A stretch of 64,000 bases of DNA from Eledone cirrhosa (lineage: Eukaryota). Shown here piece by piece: positions 26,716 to 40,249 of the stretch (position 1 is its first letter; each line of letters begins with the position of its first letter). The translations under genes were made by a program, and so were the position numbers. The DNA is taken from contig OZ024740.1 of NCBI GenBank assembly GCA_964016885.1, positions 75,826,001 through 75,890,000 on the forward strand. Reading direction: 5' to 3'. Below the pieces are notes generated by a model. It did no database searches and was not told where the DNA came from. It saw nothing but the letters and a program-made list of their open reading frames with translations.

Positions 26716-27439
26716 GTAAGTATCGAGTCTTTCTACTTGCTTCTTTTGTTTCATAGAAATTTTCTGCCAACCACAATATCCCCACTAATATCTGATAACT
26801 CAAGCCAATGTTTTATTCATAAACTTACTTTCATTCAGGTGTTAATTAAATTAATTATAAAATATCATTATGATTTTTTTCACCTGCTTTCCATGTTAGC
26901 ATAAGCTTGAGGAGTCATCATAGTCAGTGTTAGAAGTTATTTAGTATGACTATCCTAGATAGGATAAGCAGCACAATATGCTTGTATGATCCATTTTTAG
27001 TGTGGTTTCTATGGCTGGATACCTTACCTTACTCCTACTACTTTACAGAGTGTATTACATGTATTTTTTAAGGCACCAGCACTAGTGAGGTTGCATTGTA
27101 TTCTACAAGGTTAAAGAGCTCTCACTACTTAAACTCTGTAGTTACACTCTCTTCGGGAGTATTCTTTTATTTGTTATTTTATTTCACAATTGATTAACAG
27201 TTGTATTTTTGATGGTAAGAATGACAAATATCTCAGGGAACTTGATTAAAAAACAATTTTTGTTCATATTTCTCACCGCTGTTTACATCTTTCACTGATA
27301 TACATCAGTAAAAGATTTACATTCATATACATCCTCATCATTATCATCACCATCATTATCATTATCACCATTATCATCATCATTATCATTATCATTTTTT
27401 TTTGTGCTCATATGGACTGGATAGATTTTCTTAAGCACA

Positions 27440-28433
27440 ACGTAGGCTTCACATGTAGCGGCTGCACTGGGACAGCAACAGCAAATGGCCACAGGAAACA
27501 AGCACCACCAAACTCTGGGAGGGCTCTGTAGAAACAGTAGTCAGCTTTTGCTACCTAGGTGACCGAATTAGCAGTGGAGGTGGGTGTTCGGAAAGTACAA
27601 TAACTAGGGTAAGAACGGGATGGAAGAAGTTCAGGGAACTACTGCCACTGCTAGCTGCAAAAAGTTTTTCCCTCAAAATGAAAGGCAGACTGTATGATGC
27701 GTGTATCCGAACAGCAATGTTACATGGTAGTGAGACCTGGGCGCTGAAGGTGGAAGACTTACGTAGATTAGAAAGAAACGAAGCCTGCATGCTCCGATGG
27801 ATGTGTAATAGTAATATACGCGATGAACGGCAAAGCATAAACAAATTGAGAGAGAGAGACTGAGCATAAGAGGAATCAAATGCTGTGTGCAGGAGAGGAG
27901 ATTGCGCTGGTATGGACATGTGATGCGTATGAATGATGACAGCTGCATAAAAAGGTGCAGAGCATTAGAAGTCGATGGAAGCCGCGGAGTGGGGAGACCC
28001 AAGAAGACCTGGGATGAGGTGATAAAAGCCGACCTTACCCAATTACTCTCAAAGGTGATGACACACGACCGTGACCTCTGGCGTCACACAGTAATACAGA
28101 AGACCCGACCCCGCACGGGTACAAGCTGAAGCTGAAACATATAGACAATATGCCCCCACCCCCTCTCACTACAAAGTGGTCGTGGAGGTGCCACGGCAAA
28201 AAAGCACCCAGCCCACACTGTAAAGTGGACGTGTAGGCGCCACGGAAAAAAAGCACCCAGCACTCACTGTAAATGAGGTTGGTGTTAGGAAGGGCATCCA
28301 GCTGTAGAAATCAAGCCAGAATCAGTTCCTGTATGAGCAAAACAAGGTCAGCCGACCGGACACTGCCCACAACAGGACAACCCGTCTAACCCATGCTAGT
28401 GTGGAAGAACGGATGTAAAACGGTGATGATGAT
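27440..28433 (+). mobile_element. 5'-truncated RTE (PHD family), frameshifted
   Basis: [25 protein letters not shown]; 3' UTR and (GAT)n tail. Confidence 0.9.
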
Positions 28434-28439
28434 TACAAC

Positions 28440-29600
28440 ATCCTACCATTTGTTGCATCCTTCACCACATCTTCATGTCTTCTTCAGTTTTTATTTCCAG
28501 CGTGTTCCATCCATCTGGATCACCTGGCATTTCTTTACTCAACTGTCATCATCAATACATATTATATGTGCAAACATCTCTCCTGCATAATACAGGTTAT
28601 TCTTCTTATGGTCAATTTTTTTTCAACAAATTTCAAAACTATGTTCATGCACTCTAACATTACCCATCCAGTGGATCATGCTCACCCCATTCTTTCCAGA
28701 CTTTATACATCGTTTGCACTTTGTATAAGAAAATTAATTTTTTGACAATAGAGATAATAACCCTCTGAATGTTTCTCACCCAGTTCTTACTCTGGCTACT
28801 ATGTTTTTGTAGCACTTCCACTGTTAATTAGGCTACCTAGGTAACTGAAGCTATCAACTACTTTGGAGAGCCTTCTGGACATTTGAAGGAATTCATGGGT
28901 GCTACTTGCAAAAATCTATATTCTCTATCAGTGGTGATCCCACTGCACTTCTTGTGTACTCATAGTTTATATTGGCTACACCAAATATAATTCCTACCTA
29001 CTCTATTTCTGGATATTGAACATGGCTGTAGTGTTCTGTCTATAAAACATTTGTCTTTGCTAGGTTTAATTTGGACAGCTGGTCTTACTTTGGATAGCTG
29101 GTCTTACTTTGGATAGCAGGTCTTACTTTGGATAGCAGGTCTTACATTGTCTTTTCTAGGTTTACTTTGGACAGCTGGTCTTAAACTCTTGTTATAGCCT
29201 GTAGAACTATAATTAACAGAAGGGGTCTGAGAACTGAGTCCTTATAAATACCTATATGTACATAAGTTTCTCAATTACCAATTGCTAGCTCCCACTTTCC
29301 TGACAGCCTCCCTATATATGGCTTGCATGTATTTCACAAGCCTTTCATCTACATATAATTCTCTTAATGACCTATAGATTACAGAATGTGAAATTCTGTC
29401 AAAGTATTTCTCCAGGTCGATGAATGCTAAGTATAGTTTCTTGCTCTTAGCTAATAACTTCTCTTGCAATTGTTTCACTAGGAAACTGAACTACATCTCA
29501 TCTAAATACATTCTCTTCCTAAGAGTTAGTTGTGCTACTTACATAACATGCTCTATAAAATTTGATGCCTTTGTAGTTGCTTTTTCATGTAATATACAAT
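28440..29600 (-). mobile_element. Old degenerate RTE fragment containing a 19-bp tandem (ggatagctggtcttacttt, about 4-5 copies, at 29072-29185)
   Basis: QLQEKLLAKSKKLYLAFIDLEKYFDRI on the minus strand. Confidence 0.7.
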
Positions 29601-30628
29601 ATATGGTGAGCTTCTGCATAGTTTTCATTTACCAAATTTTACACCAATATCATAAAGACTGTGGTACAGAAGCAAACTTCTCAATCACACAGCAATACCT
29701 ACTATCAGGTTATTTAAGAATATTTACAGATTTTAATATGAAATTTTTCCCCTCTCTCTCTATATATAAATTCAGATTGATTTCTAAATTTGGCACAAAA
29801 CCACATATTTGTACAGGCAGGGAAACAACATATCTTAAGGCCATTTTATATGCTAAAGCAGGGTTTAGTCCTGTGGGGGCCCCATGGAAGTTTTGTCATG
29901 TTTCTCTTTTTGATTAATTGTTTTATATTGATGCCAACCCTTTTAGTCACCTCTTAGGGCATGCAAGGATAGAGTTTACCTATTCTAAAACCACAATATA
30001 CATGTGCCAACATAGAAATATAACTGTTATTGGCACACCACACTGCATTTAGTCTTGCTTTCTACTACTTCTACCATCTTATTATCATTTATGTATATGT
30101 AAACTGAGAAGATGGAAAGTAAAGTGCCTGCAAGAATCAGTAGGATTTCTACAAAATTTCTTGTAACCTTTTATGTCCCTTTACAGTCACACTTCATATT
30201 TCATTAGGGTCAAATTTATCTTTTTTATCCCTTGAGCATTGTTGTTATTCTTGTTGTTTATCCTCAGATTAATCCTGATCATGCAGGCCTATAATTAAAG
30301 AAAGACATTCCATCCATGGCCATCCTCTCTGTTTAGCAGTTTCTAGGACTTCATTATCCAATATGTTCTTTCTTTTCCCAAGATAACAGGATGTAATTTA
30401 AACGAGATTTGGCTGCCATTTCTAATAGATTGAGCAACTACATAGAGGCTCTCTCATTGTCTCAGCCCTCTTGGGTAAATGAAATAAGTACCAGTCAAGT
30501 ATTATTCCCTTTTCACCGTCTTTTTTTAAAAATGTAGGCACATTTGGACATTTGGGAGATAGAGTAGAGTTATTTCTTGTGTTTCTAATTTTTTTATCCT
30601 TTTCCTTTCTTTTTTTTTTCTTGAACAG

Positions 30629-30787
30629 TTCTGCTGACAGCAAATTTTGGAGACAGTAAGAGAGGAGCAGAAATATTTAAAGTCATCTCAGACATAAACC
30701 CTGAAAATCCATTAATGGTTATGGAATTTTGGACTGGTTGGTTTGATCACTGGGGCGAGAAGTATCGTGGAATAAAATCTTCTTCAT
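30629..30787 (+). CDS. GH35 exon with the nucleophile Glu (VLLTANF...NPLMVMEFWTGWFDHWGEKYRGIKSSS)
   Basis: polypyrimidine-cag|...|gttagt; P.MVMEFWTGWFDHWG; phase 1-1. Confidence 0.95.
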
Positions 30788-31032
30788 GTTAGTAGATTGT
30801 TTTTTCTTCTTTTTGCGTAACTTTATCAATCATTTTATGCTTTTCACAAACTGGATGTTGTAACAGCAAATGTCATGAGAATTATTGTAACATTTACATT
30901 GTCATTTCGCTATAACATTATTAGGCTTTTGAATATTAAGACTTTTGAATCTGTAGTTTTTTTAGAAGTCAGTATTCCTTTGTTACATATAATATGCGTG
31001 GCACACTGCTTTGTAAAATGCACCCTAGAAAT

Positions 31033-31110
31033 TAGACTCTGATGAGCTATTCTTCCCAGAATGAACATTCTTTCATTCCTGGTTAGTCTAGTGAAGAGGT
31101 AGTAAGTCTA
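31033..31110 (+). ncRNA. Degenerate hammerhead-like motif
   Basis: TAGACT-CTGATGA-GCTA[internal hairpin]TAGT-GAAG-aggta-GTA^AGTCTA; 6-bp stem I, but GAAA is mutated to GAAG. Confidence 0.5.
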
Positions 31111-33559
31111 TTAAATGTTTTAATAATAATCCTTGTTTTATATATCATCATCATCATTATCATCATCGTTTAACGTCTATCTTCCATGCTAGCATGGGTT
31201 TACACATATATATATCATCATTTAACATCCATTTTCTACACTAGCATGGGTTAAACGAGCTGTTCCGTTGTGAGACAAGCCAGGCTGGAGGACCATGTTT
31301 TGCTCACACAGAACCGATTTTGGCTTGGTTTCTATGGCTGGATGCCCTTCCTAATGCCAACCACATTTACAGTGTGTACTGGGTGCTTTTTGTCGTAATA
31401 CCTACACGACCACTTTATAGTGTAGGCTGGATGCTTTTTGTCATGACCCCTACACGACCACTTTAAATTGGGTGCTCATTGTCATGGCACCAAAATGACC
31501 ACTTTATAGTGTAGATTAGGGACAGATGGGGGAGATTCATGAGGATTAGGGAGGTAGATCTAGGGATGAAGTATTAAAACATGAGTGGGGTGATTACAAT
31601 GTGGAAGGTGTATGGGAGGGGTGATGGGTGGGGATGTGGCGTATACAAGATGTATACCTCAGCCCCTACAAATGGACAGGCAGGTCTTTATTGCTGCATG
31701 ACGCAAGAGATCACATTTGAGAGGTGCAATTGTGCTAGGTCAGCTTTTATCACCTCATTCCAATAATTTCTATAACTGGATGCTTTTCTTAACACCTACT
31801 GCTTTACAGAGTCTACTGGGAGCATTTATCATGGCATCAGCACTACAGAAGTTATGTTCTCAAGATTAGAGTCCTCTTTATTATACATTGTCTCGGGTCA
31901 CTCAACAAACAGTTTACAGATGATGACCACTGAATAGGAAAAAAAGCCAGAGTGAGAGGATGAGAGAAAAAAAAGAGAGTAATAAAAGAGAACTATGAAC
32001 AGAAGAGAGAGAGAGAGAGGCGTACATGGTGTTTTGTTGGGAAAGAGATTGAATAGAAACAGCGTGAGTGAAACTTAAGAGTAAATATCTCCAACAAATG
32101 TGTGTTTGAGTCAGAATTTGCTATGATGGGGAAGAAAGAATAATAAGAGAAGGAGTGAGTGTCATAAAAGAAAGAGTAATGAAAGAGAGATGGGGAAGGG
32201 AGAAAGTGATGAGGGAGGAAGAGAGTATAGATGTCAATAATGAATGATAGAAAAGGGAGTAATATATACACTAACAACTATCTTCAACACCACTACACCT
32301 CCTCATTACACACACCCCATGGCTCCTCCCCCACACACTCCTAGCTGCTTCCCCCATGTGAAGTCGTTGGTGATGGGAAGGGCATCCAACCTTAGAAAGC
32401 TTGCCAAACAAAGAGTTGGGAGGACCTTCAGTTATGTCAAAGACATGATAACCTCCCTGTGCACTTGGTAGAATGTGAGACTGTATGTAAGCGAGACGAC
32501 AGATCCCTCAGCCTGTCTAGGAGATCAGTAGCCACTGATTTAGTAGTGACATGGTCTATGAAGACTTGGCCAACCATTGCTAGCAGGGAAAGTGGATGTT
32601 AAAATGATGATGATGATACAAGTTTAGAATAGGTACAACATTTCCCAGCATATCTTAAGAAGTAAGCAAAAGGGTTGGTATCAGAATGGGCATCTGGCTA
32701 TATAACATTGCCTCAAAAAATCCCATCCATCCTAGGCTAGCATGGAAAAGTTGATTTAAAAATGATAATGATAATACCAACACATAATCGGGTCGCAAAT
32801 GATAGGGGGTGGGGGTGGAAAATTGGTAATTTTTCTAGGTTGTCTCTATCGATTTAAAAAAAAAATAGAATTAGTCGTTTAGTTTACATATTGAGACCCC
32901 AACCCATCCTATTTATTTTAGAACATATGGGATTTCTAGTAGTGTACTTTTTTTGTCGTGTATAGTGTTTTTAAAGTATAAAGAAAATTAAATGTCGCAG
33001 GAATGCTACCACTTAAAATAAAATTTTGCAGAGAGATAGATTAACAAAATCTAATAAGTGAAGGGGTTGGAAAAAAAATCTGAAAAATTTATAAGCGGAG
33101 AGGAGGGGACGATTATTCAAGACCTGAGAGTACAAACAAAAGGAAAGCAAAATCAATAGAACGTGGATGTTGAGAATATTTATATTAAGATTGACTTATT
33201 TATATATTACCAGTTGTTTCATAGATGTGAACATGTCTATGCGTGTATATATCGATATCGATCTGCCTCTCTGTTTAATTATATCATCATCATCATTTAA
33301 TGTCCGGTTTTCCTTGCTAGCAATGGTTGAACAAGGCAATACTCAAGCTAAGCGACTGACCTCTCAGATGGGCCAGGGTCCTGCGTCTCATATATTCCTG
33401 TACTCTACCGACTGCTCAGACGTTACTAAGACTAGATGAGACTAGTAAGATCATTATTCAGCTTTAAAGAAAGTAGAGTGAAAATATTATTTAAAGACAT
33501 GAAAGCCTATGGTCAAACCATATATATATATATATTTATATATAATAGATGTGTATTAA

Positions 33560-33891
33560 GTGGTTGTGTTGGTGACATGAGAAAAAGTGCCCAGTCCACA
33601 CTGTAAAGTGGTCAAGCACCTAGTCCACACTCTAAAGTAGTCATGTAGGAGTTACGATAAAAAGCGCCCAGTCCACACTGTAAAGTGGTCGTGTAAGTAT
33701 CATGACAAAAAGCACCCAGCACACACTGTAAATGTAGTTGTCTTTATGAAGGGCATCTAGCCATAGAAGACAAGCCAAAATCAGTTCTCTGTGAGCAAAA
33801 CAGGGTCCTCCAAAGTGGGTGTCTCACAACGGGACAGCACATCTAACCCATGATAGTATGGAAAATAGAGATTAAATGATGATGATGATGA
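33560..33891 (+). mobile_element. SINE-like element sharing the RTE 3' UTR (aaaagcacccag/cacactgtaaagtgg subrepeats, GAT tail)
   Basis: Homology to 53580-53845; further copies at about 31215-31510 (-), 40985-41150 (-) and 44765-45050 (+). Confidence 0.75.
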
Positions 33892-33904
33892 TATAATATG
33901 TTAA

Positions 33905-34095
33905 TGTATAATTGTTTCTACTTTTGGCAGAAGGCCAACAATTATCCCAGTTCATTACTGGTACTTTATTTTATCGACCCCGTAAGGATGAAAGGCAAAG
34001 TTAACCTAGGCGGGATTTGAACTCAGATCATAAACGGCCGTAACTCTATGCTACAAAGTATGGTGTCCGACTCCCTACCAATACTGCCAATTCCA
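33905..34095 (-). mobile_element. tRNA-derived SINE
   Basis: Reverse complement of the 16046 family. Confidence 0.78.
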
Positions 34096-34320
34096 TACAA
34101 GAGCTCACAATAAATTTTTTGAGAATGCCACATAGTTATTTCTGGATGTTTATCCTTCATTGGTGACATATACTCACTTTCTACTAAGACAAAATAGGTT
34201 AATGTCTATATGGTAATACTCATTTGCATATTGTGCAAACTTGACTGGCAAAAGGGGAATAATTAAGTTGCACTAACAGTATTTTTCATCAGGTTTGTAT
34301 ATGAAAGCATATATAATATG

Positions 34321-34691
34321 TTAACCCTTTAGCACTTACATTACTCTATATATACTGTTGTATTTTCACAGAAAAGGCTTCATCCCCCATAATTATCTCA
34401 TATAATATTGAATCTATGAGATTTTGATATTATTTATTTTGAAAACAATACCTTAACATAAGTATGAGCAGCTGGTTACGGCTGGTTTGAACAGAAAGAG
34501 GTGAGAGAATCTGTCGGGATATGGCTGGTTTAAATGCTAATGGGTTAAGTTACTCTCTTAGAATAGTGAAATAGTTAATTTTCAGTAAGTTCCACAAAAT
34601 AGATAATGAGCGGCTGGTTATGACCAGTTTGGACTGAAAGAGGTGAGAGAATTCTGGCCAGGTATGGCTGATTTAAAGGCTAAAGGGTTAA
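34321..34691. mobile_element. piggyBac-like MITE (34321-34548) plus a partial duplicate end
   Basis: TTAACCCTTTAGCA...TGCTAATGGGTTAA; second right end AAAGGGTTAA at 34691. Confidence 0.72.
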
Positions 34692-34863
34692 TGTACTATA
34701 AACATTATGAATTTTTTATATATATATATATAAAACATCTTGGTCTTTTTGTAAGTCACATCCCTATTATTGCTCTTGTTACTTACATTACTTCTCCCCC
34801 CCCCCTCTCTCTCTCACACACACACACACACAATAAGTGTTACTTCATTTGTTTATTTTGCAG

Positions 34864-35007
34864 GGTTCCAGAAAAACTTCCAGTTCATTCTAAATCAAAA
34901 TGCATCATTCAACTTCTACATGTTTATGGGAGGGACAAATTTTGGATTCATGGCAGGAGCAAATATTGATAAAAATGAAAATTATTTTCCAGATGTTACA
35001 AGTTATG
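34864..35007 (+). CDS. GH35 exon (WFQKNFQFILNQNASFNFYMFMGGTNFGFMAGAN...DVTSY)
   Basis: gcag|...|gtaagt; N.YMF.GGTNFG and TSY motifs; phase 1-1. Confidence 0.95.
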
Positions 35008-35056
35008 GTAAGTCAGGCTGAATTGTATAATAGTTCCAGTTAAACATATCTGCGTG

Positions 35057-37485
35057 TATTGCTCTACAGATGTTCCAATTAGAAATAGTAGATATTGCTC
35101 TACAGATGTTCCAATTAGAAATAGTAGATATTGCTCTACAGATGTTCTAATTAGGGATAGTTGGACATGTTGCTCTACAGATGTTCCAATTAGAAATAGT
35201 AGATATTGCTCTAGAGATGTTCTAATTAGGAATAGTTGGACATGTTGCTCTACAGATGTTCCAATTAGAAATAGTAGATATTGCTCTAGAGATGTTCTAA
35301 TTAGAGATAGTTGGACATGTTGCTCTACAGATGTTCCAATTAGAAATAGTAGATATTGCTCTACAGATGTTCTAATTAGGGATAGTTGGACATGTTGCTC
35401 TACAGATGTTCCAATTAGAAATAGTAGATATTGCTCTACAGATGTTCTAATTAGGGATAGTTGGACATGTTGCTCTACAGATGTTCCAATTAGAAATAGT
35501 AGATATTGCTCTACAGATGTTCTAATTAGGGATAGTTGGACATGTTGCTCTACAGATGTTCCAATTAGAAATAGTAGATATTGCTCTACAGATGTTCTAA
35601 TTAGGAATAGTTGGACATGTTGCTCTACAGATGTTCCAATTAGAAATAGTAGATATTGCTCTACAGATGTTCTAATTAGGGATAGTTGGACATGTTGCTC
35701 TACAGATGTTCCAATTAGAAATAGTAGATATTGCTCTACAGATGTTCTAGTTAGGGATAGTTGGACATGTTGCTCTACAGATGTTCCAATTAGAAATAGT
35801 AGATATTGCTCTACAGATGTTCTAATTAGGAATAGTTGGACATGTTGCTCTACAGATGTTCCAATTAGAAATAGTAGATATTGCTCTACAGATGTTCTAA
35901 TTAGGGATAGTTGGACATGTTGCTCTACAGATGTTCCAATTAGAAATAGTAGATATTGCTCTACAGATGTTCTAATTAGGGATAGTTGGACATGTTGCTC
36001 TACAGATGTTCCAATTAGAAATAGTAGATATTGCTCTACAGATGTTCTAATTAGGAATAGTTGGACATGTTGCTCTACAGATGTTCCAATTAGAAATAGT
36101 AGATATTGCTCTACAGATGTTCTAATTAGGGATAGTTGGACATGTTGCTCTACAGATGTTCCAATTAGAAATAGTATATATTGCTCTACAGATGTTCTAA
36201 TTAGGAATAGTTGGACATGTTGCTCTACAGATGTTCCAATTAGAAATAGTAGATATTGCTCTACAGATGTTCTAATTAGAGATAGTTGGACATGTTGCTC
36301 TACAGATGTTCCAATTAGAAATAGTAGATATTGCTCTACAGATGTTCTAGTTAGGGATAGTTGGACATGTTGCTCTACAGATGTTCCAATTAGAAATAGT
36401 AGATATTGCTCTAGAGATGTTCTAATTAGGAATAGTTGGACATGTTGCTCTACAGATGTTCCAATTAGAAATAGTAGATATTGCTCTACAGATGTTCTAA
36501 TTAGGGATAGTTGGACATGTTGCTCTACAGATGTTCCAATTAGAAATAGTAGATATTGCTCTACAGATGTTCTAATTAGGGATAGTTGGACATGTTGCTC
36601 TACAGATGTTCCAATTAGAAATAGTAGATATTGCTCTACAGATGTTCTAATTAGGGATAGTTGGACATGTTGCTCTACAGATGTTCCAATTAGAAATAGT
36701 AGATATTGCTCTACAGATGTTCTAATTAGGGATAGTTGGACATGTTGCTCTACAGATGTTCCAATTAGAAATAGTAGATATTGCTCTACAGATGTTCTAA
36801 TTAGGAATAGTTGGACATGTTGCTCTACAGATGTTCCAATTAGAAATAGTAGATATTGCTCTACAGATGTTCTAATTAGGGATAGTTGGACATGTTGCTC
36901 TACAGATGTTCCAATTAGAAATAGTAGATATTGCTCTACAGATGTTCTAGTTAGGGATAGTTGGACATGTTGCTCTACAGATGTTCCAATTAGAAATAGT
37001 AGATATTGCTCTACAGATGTTCTAATTAGGAATAGTTGGACATGTTGCTCTACAGATGTTCCAATTAGAAATAGTAGATATTGCTCTACAGATGTTCTAA
37101 TTAGGGATAGTTGGACATGTTGCTCTACAGATGTTCCAATTAGAAATAGTAGATATTGTTCTACAGATGTTCTAATTAGGGATAGTTGGACATGTTGCTC
37201 TACAGATGTTCCAATTAGAAATAGTAGTAGATATTGCTCTACAGATGTTCTAATTAGGGATAGTTGGACATGTTGCTCTACAGATGTTCCAATTAGAAAT
37301 AGTAGTAGATATTGCTCTACAGATGTTCTAATTAGGGATAGTTGGACATGTTGCTCTACAGATGTTCCAATTAGAAATAGTAAATATTGCTCTACAGATG
37401 TTCTAATTAGGGATAGTTGGACATGTTGCTCTACAGATGTTCCAATTAGAAATAGTAGTAGATATTGCTCTACAGATGTTCCAGA
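35057..37485. repeat. Highly homogeneous 75-bp minisatellite (36+39-bp subunits), about 32 copies
   Basis: Lines recur every 300 bp; the unit translates as CCSTDVPIRNSRYCSTDVLIRDSWT. Confidence 0.97.
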
Positions 37486-37607
37486 TGAATATTAACTGAA
37501 TCAAACTTATCAGCTTGGGTGCAACTAACTTACTTACTAATAAAAGAATACACACTTGTGTGTACACACACACACAAACACATACACACTTTCTGCTACA
37601 ATTGCAG

Positions 37608-37880
37608 CCACCACCTGCACTACCATCACCATCATCACCAATACTATCATCACCATATTCACCATCACTACCATCACCACCACCATCATCACCATCTCCA
37701 TCACTACCATATTCACCACCACTACCACCTCCACCACTACCATCCTCACCACTATCATCACCACTACCATATTCACCACCACTTCCATCACCACCACTAT
37801 CTCCATCACTACCATATTCACCACCATTGCCACTACCACCACTATCTCCACCACTACCATCCTCACCACCACTATCACTG
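37608..37880. repeat. (CAC/CAT/TAC)n trinucleotide low-complexity tract
   Basis: Direct inspection. Confidence 0.9.
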
Positions 37881-39062
37881 CTGCTGTACATTGCCTTCCA
37901 TATTGGTAGTATTTAGACTGCCTAAAATGTAATCAATTATGGCATTAGGACTGTTTTGTGACTAATATAGTTAATAATTTAATCTAACCTTTGATCTGTC
38001 AAGATCATGAAGTCACCTTGTTAACCTGCCATTTATTAGTTGAATCTAGCTCTCTCATTATTTCGGTCACTTGTGCTTCTTTGTAGTATATACTGCTTAA
38101 GTATATATATTCCACATGCCACCACCATAAATGAAACTTCAGGTTCAGTCTGCCTCGTGGTCCTGGTAGACAGGATAGAGAAAACATTACTCTGGAGGAG
38201 GGCAAGGGAGATGTGCTGGAACAGCCACTCCACCTCACAGGCTCGCACATGCTGGTAGCCAACTTAATTCTGAATACAGTGAGTAGGGATGTGGTCTGAG
38301 GGCCAAGAACGCCAGAAGTTTCCACTGCCGCAGGCTCAGCTACAAACTTATCAGAGAGCAGCCACTACTTTGACAGTTTATCTTATTTGACCTGATGAGC
38401 CAAACCTGAGCTTATAGCTGCTAGAGAAGGTGTCATAACATGTAGCATCCCAGATGAGGGGCCTACCACTGTGGAACAGGAAGATTTTCATGTCATCTAG
38501 CCTTTTGCCATTCACTCGGTCCAAACCCACTAACTTGAGCTGGGGAGGGAAGCCTGTGGCATGCAGGCCTTGCTTTATAATCTCATTGAGAGCAGCATGG
38601 CATGGGATGTGCTAACACTATAATGGCATGACAGTGGCTGGAGACCAAAAGAATCCAAGAGATCTGTAGTGGCATTTGTGAGGCTCACAGATCTGGAGGC
38701 TGAGCTGCAGGGAGACACTGATGTGCAAACAGTCACTGACCAGCTGAGTACTAGCCAAAAGTGATGGTACTGCATTGAGCCTGATGCCACAACAGGGTTT
38801 GGAGACTCAGTGAAAGCATGCCAGATGGTGCTGGTAAAGCCGCACACCAGCCTGTTGCACTGGATGGTGTCCCATTTGTTTTGGAGAGACAGGACATCTA
38901 CAAAGGGGAGAGAGGGATGGATGTCTGCAGGGTGGAAGCTGAGCTGGTTCCATGTCGCCAGGATTATGTAGTCACCTTGTTCATCTATCTTGAGACTTGT
39001 CAAAGATATCTTTCATTTAAATTTTACTAATCAGTATCTTTTGGATTAACATTCCATTGTAG

Positions 39063-39155
39063 ATTACAATGCCTTGCTGTCTGAATCAGGAGATACCACA
39101 GAAAAATATTTGATTGCCCAGCGCATGATACATGAACAAATACTTAAACCTCAAG
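39063..39155 (+). CDS. GH35 exon (DYNALLSESGDTTEKYLIAQRMIHEQILKPQ)
   Basis: tag|...|gtaagt; DY.A.L.E.GD.T.KY motif; phase 1-1. Confidence 0.93.
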
Positions 39156-40249
39156 GTAAGTTAAACTGATCCTAAAATAAGGTGGTGAATTGACAGACAT
39201 TAGAACATCAGATAGAATGCTTTGCAGTATTTGTTTCATCTCTCTGCTCTCTCAATTGAAATCTTGCCACAGTCAACTTTGCCTTTTATCCATTTGAGAT
39301 TGACAAAAAAAGTATCAATCAAATACTGGGAGTTGATTCTTCCTCTATATTTCTTTCTCATCTCCAGTCTCTCATTCTCTGTCCTTCTCTGGACGAAATC
39401 TGTTGTATTCAGACCTGGAGAGGATCTCACAGACACAAGAAAAGAAGGAAGCATCATCATCATCGTTTTTATTTTCAAGGGTTGGATGAAACTTTTTGTG
39501 GCAGTTTTCTATGGATGGATGTCCTTCCTGATGCCAACCTTTACATTATTCTGTAGATGTTCACTGTTGAACCACCAGGCTGCTGGGCATATATAAATGG
39601 TACAGGTTGCTTAAATGATCTCAACATGAAGACATGCAGCAATAAATAACATATACATTTGTGCACACATGCATGTACACACATGCATGCACACACACAT
39701 AAAAAATTTTGATGTCCACTTTTTCATGCATTAGTTAGACTGTCTCCAATACAGTGTACCTCCACTTTATATATATACTAGACAGGTACTCGATATTGCC
39801 TGAAAAATAATGTACTGAATAAGATAAACCTCAAGCACCAGACTTGAATACATAAGTTGATATGATCTTTTAAATCCCTTGAAGATGGTTTTCCAGCATG
39901 ACCCCAATCTAATGACTGAAGCCAGTAAAACAATAAAAAATTAAAAGAATATTACAGTTCCTTTTATATTTCTTATATAGTTTTGCATAATACTGTGGTA
40001 TTATTTCACTTCCGTATATGTTTCATATGCTATTTCTCTAATTAAAACATTATCTAAATTAGTGTAAATTGTAAATTCTTTACAGTTTTAGTTATGTTTT
40101 AATAGGATTTTTGGTTTTGCTCACTGTATTCAGTTTTTCAATGTACAGATTCATCTAAACAAGGAATTCTTTGTAAGTTAGTAAGTGTGAACACATACTC
40201 ACACACAAACACACACATATACCCATACGCATAAACACACATAAATATG

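Noticed and set aside
37403-37932. Pro/His/Thr/Gly-rich ORFs
   Set aside because: A trinucleotide low-complexity tract open in most frames, with no splice support.
38000-39000. GC-richer segment as a gene
   Set aside because: No coherent ORF or motif; probably a decayed LINE fragment, but I cannot classify it.
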